DNA of 25,599 nucleotides, taken from IMG/VR virus record IMGVR_UViG_3300017739_000094, one strand, 5' to 3'. Both the position numbers and the translations under genes were made by a program. Every line of letters begins with the position of its first letter. Positions within the stretch are counted from its first letter, which is position 1. The stretch is from a virus. The notes under the pieces were generated by a model. The model saw only the letters and a list, made by a program, of their open reading frames with translations. It had not been told where the DNA came from and did no database searches. Shown piece after piece: positions 22,888 to 25,599 of the stretch.

Positions 22888-24134
22888 TGTCTGTTAATTT
22901 TGATTCTAATGTATCTATAACTGTAGAAATAGCTTTTGATAGTAATCCTTTAGATAGTTCTCAAACATTTACTGATGTTTCACAGTACTTAAGAAGCTTT
23001 ACAACAACAAGAGGTAGAGTTAGCAACTTATCAGATTTTCAAACAGGTACAGCTATTGTAGAGCTTGATAATAGAGATAATAGGTTTTCTCCTAATCAAT
23101 CAACACATTACTTTGATTCATCAGCAGGGAGAACAAAAATACAACCATTAAAAAGATTAAGAATCAGGGCTACTCATAGTTCTACAACTTATGATCTTTT
23201 TCATGGTTTTGTTGAGAGTTTTCCTGTTCAGTATGCAGGGCAGGGTTATGATTCAAGTACAAAAATTAGAGTTGTAGATGCTTTTAAATTATTTTTTAAT
23301 GCTACTTTAGATGGTATTGGGTGGCAGTTAGGTATTTCTAAGCTAGGATCTACTACTAGGCTTACACTTACTCAAGCACAAGAATTAAGCTCTGTAAGAG
23401 TTAAAAACATACTTGATAGCTTTGGTTATTCAAATCAGGCAATATCTACAGGACAATTACAAGTTACTACACAATCTACAACAGATAATCTATTAAATGC
23501 ACTAAGAAAAGTGGAAACAGCTGAAAATGGTACATTTTTTATAGCTGCTAATGGTAATGCTACATTTAGAGATAGAAATTTTAGATTAACTAACACTACT
23601 ACACCTGCAGCTACTTTTGGGCAGGGTGGATCAGAGTTGCCATATGTAGATATTGTTTCATCTTATGATGATAATAAAATTGTTAATACAGTACAAAGGA
23701 CTAGAACAGGCAGTAGTAATACACAAATTGCTATAGATTCTGATTCAGTAGAGAGATTTGGTACTCATGTTTTAACTGAATCTGGAACATTAAACACACA
23801 AGATAGTGATGCTGCTTCTATTGCAGAACAAAAAGTAGTAGCTAACTCAATACCACAAACAACTGTTGAAAGTTTATCTTTTGCTCCACAACAAGACACA
23901 AACTTATGGGCTAAAGCACTAGGATTAGACATTGGTAGCTTTGTTGAGGCAAAAGTTACTACACCATCTAGCACCATAGAAACTTATGATTTGTTTATTG
24001 AAAGAATAAAGCATAAAGTAGATGCTAGAAACAAGACTTGGAATTGGCAAATAGGACTATCTCCTGCAGAAACAGGAGCTTGGATTCTAGGAGTTTCTAA
24101 GTTAGGAATAGACACAAACATAAGTTATACTTAA
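22887..24134 (+). CDS. Distal tail protein (Dit-like, siphovirus tail family), 415 aa
   Basis: TAATG overlap with the tape measure. The N-terminal signature VSITVEIAFDSNPLDSSQTFTDVSQYLRSFTTTRGRVSNLSDFQTGTAIVELDNRDNRFSP closely follows the pattern I recall for Dit/'phage tail protein' genes downstream of tape measures. Confidence 0.7.
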   Translation: MSVNFDSNVSITVEIAFDSNPLDSSQTFTDVSQYLRSFTTTRGRVSNLSDFQTGTAIVELDNRDNRFSPNQSTHYFDSSAGRTKIQPLKRLRIRATHSSTTYDLFHGFVESFPVQYAGQGYDSSTKIRVVDAFKLFFNATLDGIGWQLGISKLGSTTRLTLTQAQELSSVRVKNILDSFGYSNQAISTGQLQVTTQSTTDNLLNALRKVETAENGTFFIAANGNATFRDRNFRLTNTTTPAATFGQGGSELPYVDIVSSYDDNKIVNTVQRTRTGSSNTQIAIDSDSVERFGTHVLTESGTLNTQDSDAASIAEQKVVANSIPQTTVESLSFAPQQDTNLWAKALGLDIGSFVEAKVTTPSSTIETYDLFIERIKHKVDARNKTWNWQIGLSPAETGAWILGVSKLGIDTNISYT

Positions 24135-24157
24135 AAAAGAATTAAGGAGAAATATAT

Positions 24158-24610
24158 ATGGCAGCAGGAGCTTGGTTTGATTGGAGTACAGGAGATCTAG
24201 TAACAGAAGCTAGATTTCAAGACATTCAAGACTCAATAGTCTTTATTTATGCCTCAGAGTCAGCAGCTAACACAGCTTTAACTAATAAAGTTGAGGGGAC
24301 TGTGTTTGTAGATACTACAGATAATTTAATTAAAATGTGGAATGGGAGTAGTTGGCAAACAGCAGAAGCAGGAGATATTTTAGGAATTACCACAAGTTCT
24401 ACTTCTGGTATGGCAGGTGGTGCTACTTCAGGAACACCTAGCTTAAGTGTAAAGCCAAACTCTGCAACTTCAGGTACAGTAGCATCAGGAGATGAAATAC
24501 TGTTTGGAGATATTAATGACAGCAATAACCTTAAAAAGACAACAGCAGGAGATATTGCTGCACTTGCACCATCAGGAGTAACTTTAGGATTAGTATTAGC
24601 TCTATCTTAA
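24158..24610 (+). CDS. Small tail-fibre-like protein, 150 aa
   Basis: RBS aaggag. The motifs EGTVFVDTTDNLIKMWNGSSW and SGDEILFGDINDSNNLKKTT resemble short motifs recurrent in phage fibre proteins (from memory, not verified). Confidence 0.5.
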   Translation: MAAGAWFDWSTGDLVTEARFQDIQDSIVFIYASESAANTALTNKVEGTVFVDTTDNLIKMWNGSSWQTAEAGDILGITTSSTSGMAGGATSGTPSLSVKPNSATSGTVASGDEILFGDINDSNNLKKTTAGDIAALAPSGVTLGLVLALS

Positions 24611-24624
24611 GAAAGGAATAAATT

Positions 24625-24951
24625 ATGGCAGATACATTACATTCAGTTCAGGGAGTTCTTGGAACATCAGCAGGAGATATTGTTGATGCAGTTCCTAGCT
24701 CTACTACTGAAACAGTAATTGGGATTCTGGTATCTAATGTTAGTGGAAGTAGTGCTGATGTAACTATAGATCTATCAGTAACAAAATCTGGTGGAACATT
24801 AAGACACATTTTAAACAATGTTTCACTACCTTTTGGAACAACTATTGAAATACAAACAAAGGTAACACTAGAAACAGGAGACAAACTGCAAGGACTATGT
24901 TCTGCAGCTTCTAGTGCAGAATATAATGTTTCATTCTTAAGACAAACCTAA
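24625..24951 (+). CDS. Small beta-rich structural-region protein, 108 aa; function unknown
   Basis: ORF with RBS gaaagga, located between the fibre-like gene and the paralog array. Confidence 0.6.
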   Translation: MADTLHSVQGVLGTSAGDIVDAVPSSTTETVIGILVSNVSGSSADVTIDLSVTKSGGTLRHILNNVSLPFGTTIEIQTKVTLETGDKLQGLCSAASSAEYNVSFLRQT

Positions 24952-24963
24952 AGGAGCTAATGA

Positions 24964-25566
24964 ATGGCTTACTTTGGAACACAACCAAATGATGTAAAAA
25001 AGAATACAGGTTTATACACACCTAGTGAAATATTACAACTAACTAAAGATGGTAGTTGGGGTGGTAGCTTAGAACTTATTGCTAGTCAATCATTCACAAC
25101 AACAACAAATGTAGATTTTACTGCAATACAAGAAAGTATATTTGATGTTCATTATGCAACTATTTCAGTAGATAGACAAAGTACTTCAGGAGAAAGTATT
25201 GGTATTCAGTTTTATGAAAGTGGAGTTTTAGAAACTGCAAGTGTTTATCAATATGCTTATCAAAATGGAGATGCAGGGGGAACTTTTGGTGAAAGTAAAA
25301 GCACAGGAAATAATAGATTATTTGGAACTCAATTTGTTGATGCAGGTGATAATAAATTTTCTTACAATTACTTTTACAATTTAGGAGATAGTTCAAAATT
25401 TTCATTTCAATCTATGCAAAGTACTGCTATACAGGGAACTAATTTTAAAATGAGATTTGGTGGTGGTGTTTTACCACAAGCTAGTACAGTAGATGGAATA
25501 AGATTTACTTCAATTTCAGGTACAATGACAGGCACTATAAAACTTTTTGGAGTGAAACAAATTTAG
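24964..25566 (+). CDS. Paralog-array protein, subtype C (C2), 200 aa; first member of the array
   Basis: RBS aaggag. Paralog of 1152..1796. Its last 90 nt are duplicated at 1..91 because of the terminal overlap. Confidence 0.85.
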   Translation: MAYFGTQPNDVKKNTGLYTPSEILQLTKDGSWGGSLELIASQSFTTTTNVDFTAIQESIFDVHYATISVDRQSTSGESIGIQFYESGVLETASVYQYAYQNGDAGGTFGESKSTGNNRLFGTQFVDAGDNKFSYNYFYNLGDSSKFSFQSMQSTAIQGTNFKMRFGGGVLPQASTVDGIRFTSISGTMTGTIKLFGVKQI

Positions 25567-25599
25567 TATGAGTAACTTAAGATTAATTAATGAAACTAC
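25477..25599. repeat. Terminal direct repeat, copy 2 (identical to 1..123)
   Basis: See copy 1. The partial ORF starting at 25568 is the same gene as 92..628. Confidence 0.95.

Noticed and set aside
1-25599. CRISPR arrays, rRNA genes, insertion sequences or transposases.
   Set aside because: No spaced repeat arrays, no inverted-repeat-flanked transposase-like ORFs and no rRNA-like sequence were seen anywhere in the window.

Overview
This window is a complete phage genome, AT-rich (roughly one third G+C by eye). The first 123 bp (1..123) are identical to the last 123 bp (25477..25599), so the unique length is 25,476 bp and the map closes into a circle. All convincing genes are on the + strand and tightly packed, with many ATGA/TAATG stop-start overlaps.

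Reading round the circle:
- An early block of mostly ORFan genes (6186..9960). It includes a GH23/SLT-like lysozyme and three small membrane/coiled-coil proteins.
- A morphogenesis block typical of an HK97-fold, long non-contractile-tail phage (10037..24951): small and large terminase, a portal fused to a MuF/SPP1-gp7-like domain, an S78-type prohead protease, the major capsid protein, connector/neck proteins, two paralogous tail-tube genes, a tail assembly chaperone with a frameshift extension, a 700 aa tape measure, a Dit-like protein and two small fibre-region proteins.
- An array of six paralogous genes for small proteins (24964..25566, continuing across the junction to 92..2848).
- A metallophosphoesterase, a DUF5675-like protein and a holin-like protein, ending at a strong intrinsic terminator (5691..5720).
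- A roughly 550 bp non-coding hub (5632..6185) with repeated motifs, a perfect palindrome and hairpins, which separates the late operon end from the early operon start.

I found no integrase, repressor, DNA polymerase, primase, helicase, tRNA, CRISPR array or reverse transcriptase.

The most unusual feature is the six-gene array. It is organised as a duplicated three-gene cassette (C-A-B twice) in the position where receptor-binding proteins normally sit, in a tail module that lacks a recognisable large hub (Tal) protein. The host cannot be determined from the sequence. Strong AGGAGG-type ribosome-binding sites argue against a Bacteroidota host.
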